From the NCBI RefSeq assembly GCF_018977255.1, contig NW_024704742.1, forward strand, positions 6,140,001 to 6,204,000: 64,000 nt of DNA. The letters are read 5' to 3'. The stretch is from Callorhinchus milii (lineage: Eukaryota). Within the stretch, counting starts at the first letter, position 1. The number at the start of each line of letters is the position of its first letter. The notes beneath the pieces are model-generated. The model was not told the origin of the DNA, did no database searches, and worked only from the letters and a program-made list of their open reading frames with translations. Position numbers and translations under genes: made by a program. Shown here piece after piece: positions 63,686-64,000 of the stretch.

Positions 63686-64000
63686 GTGAGTTGAATGGTA
63701 GTTTTGATGTGCTCCAATTAACAAGCGAACAAGCCAGGCATCCCTGTGAGTCTTGTTGATTTTGATGTCGCCATTGATGTTGCCTATATCCTGAGCTGGA
63801 TGTATTCCCAACTATTGTGTAGTGTCGTGTACTGAGCTAAGCTGGACTCGGATGGCTTTCCATAACATCTTGTCTGTTCCTCGAATAACGCCGCAAACGT
63901 GAGTAAGTCCAATCCTTGTAGGAATTGACTACTTGCAGTCACCCGAGGTTACGTTGCAGTCCTTCAGGATATACGACAATTGAACCTTGATCATAATAAG

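Noticed and set aside
1..64000. Recurring ~60-130 bp unit with palindrome gagacgtctc, superficially CRISPR-like
   Set aside because: Copies are dispersed, in both orientations, 5'-truncated and end in (TTA)n. They are SINE tails, with no regular spacers or cas genes.

Overview
Eukaryotic (vertebrate) DNA with no prokaryote-style genes. Apart from ORFs that overlap lef1 exons or LINE remnants, I recognise no protein in the ORF track. The window lies inside a + strand LEF1 (lymphoid enhancer-binding factor 1, TCF/LEF family) gene. Bases 1-46254 are the 3' part of the large intron upstream of the 'SNKVPVVQ' exon. Five GT-AG exons follow: 46255-46387, 54066-54156, 58316-58399, 62023-62145 and 63523-63685. 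They splice in frame and reach the HMG box, and their sizes (133/91/84/123/163 nt) match human LEF1 exons 4-8 as I recall them. The introns are dense in two tRNA-derived SINE families that share an L2-type 3' tail: a young tRNA-Ala-like/CORE-like family with (TTA)n ends and an older Deu-domain SacSINE1-like family. L2 and CR1 3' ends, a hAT-like MITE and a Penelope-like fragment are also present. This repeat set, with no visible HE1 V-SINE, suggests a chimaera/holocephalan (Callorhinchus-like) genome (inference). The most unusual observations are two unexplained blocks with dense + strand G-U-containing stems (8.2-8.7 kb, 26.65-26.94 kb), a near-perfect 34-bp inverted repeat around a decayed core (40.45-40.73 kb), an inverted Penelope mini-insertion with a 12-bp TSD, a fold-back duplication inside a SINE, several resolvable nested insertions, and a speculative in-frame alternative first exon. 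Repeat boundaries were read by eye and are approximate (about +/-10-20 bp).
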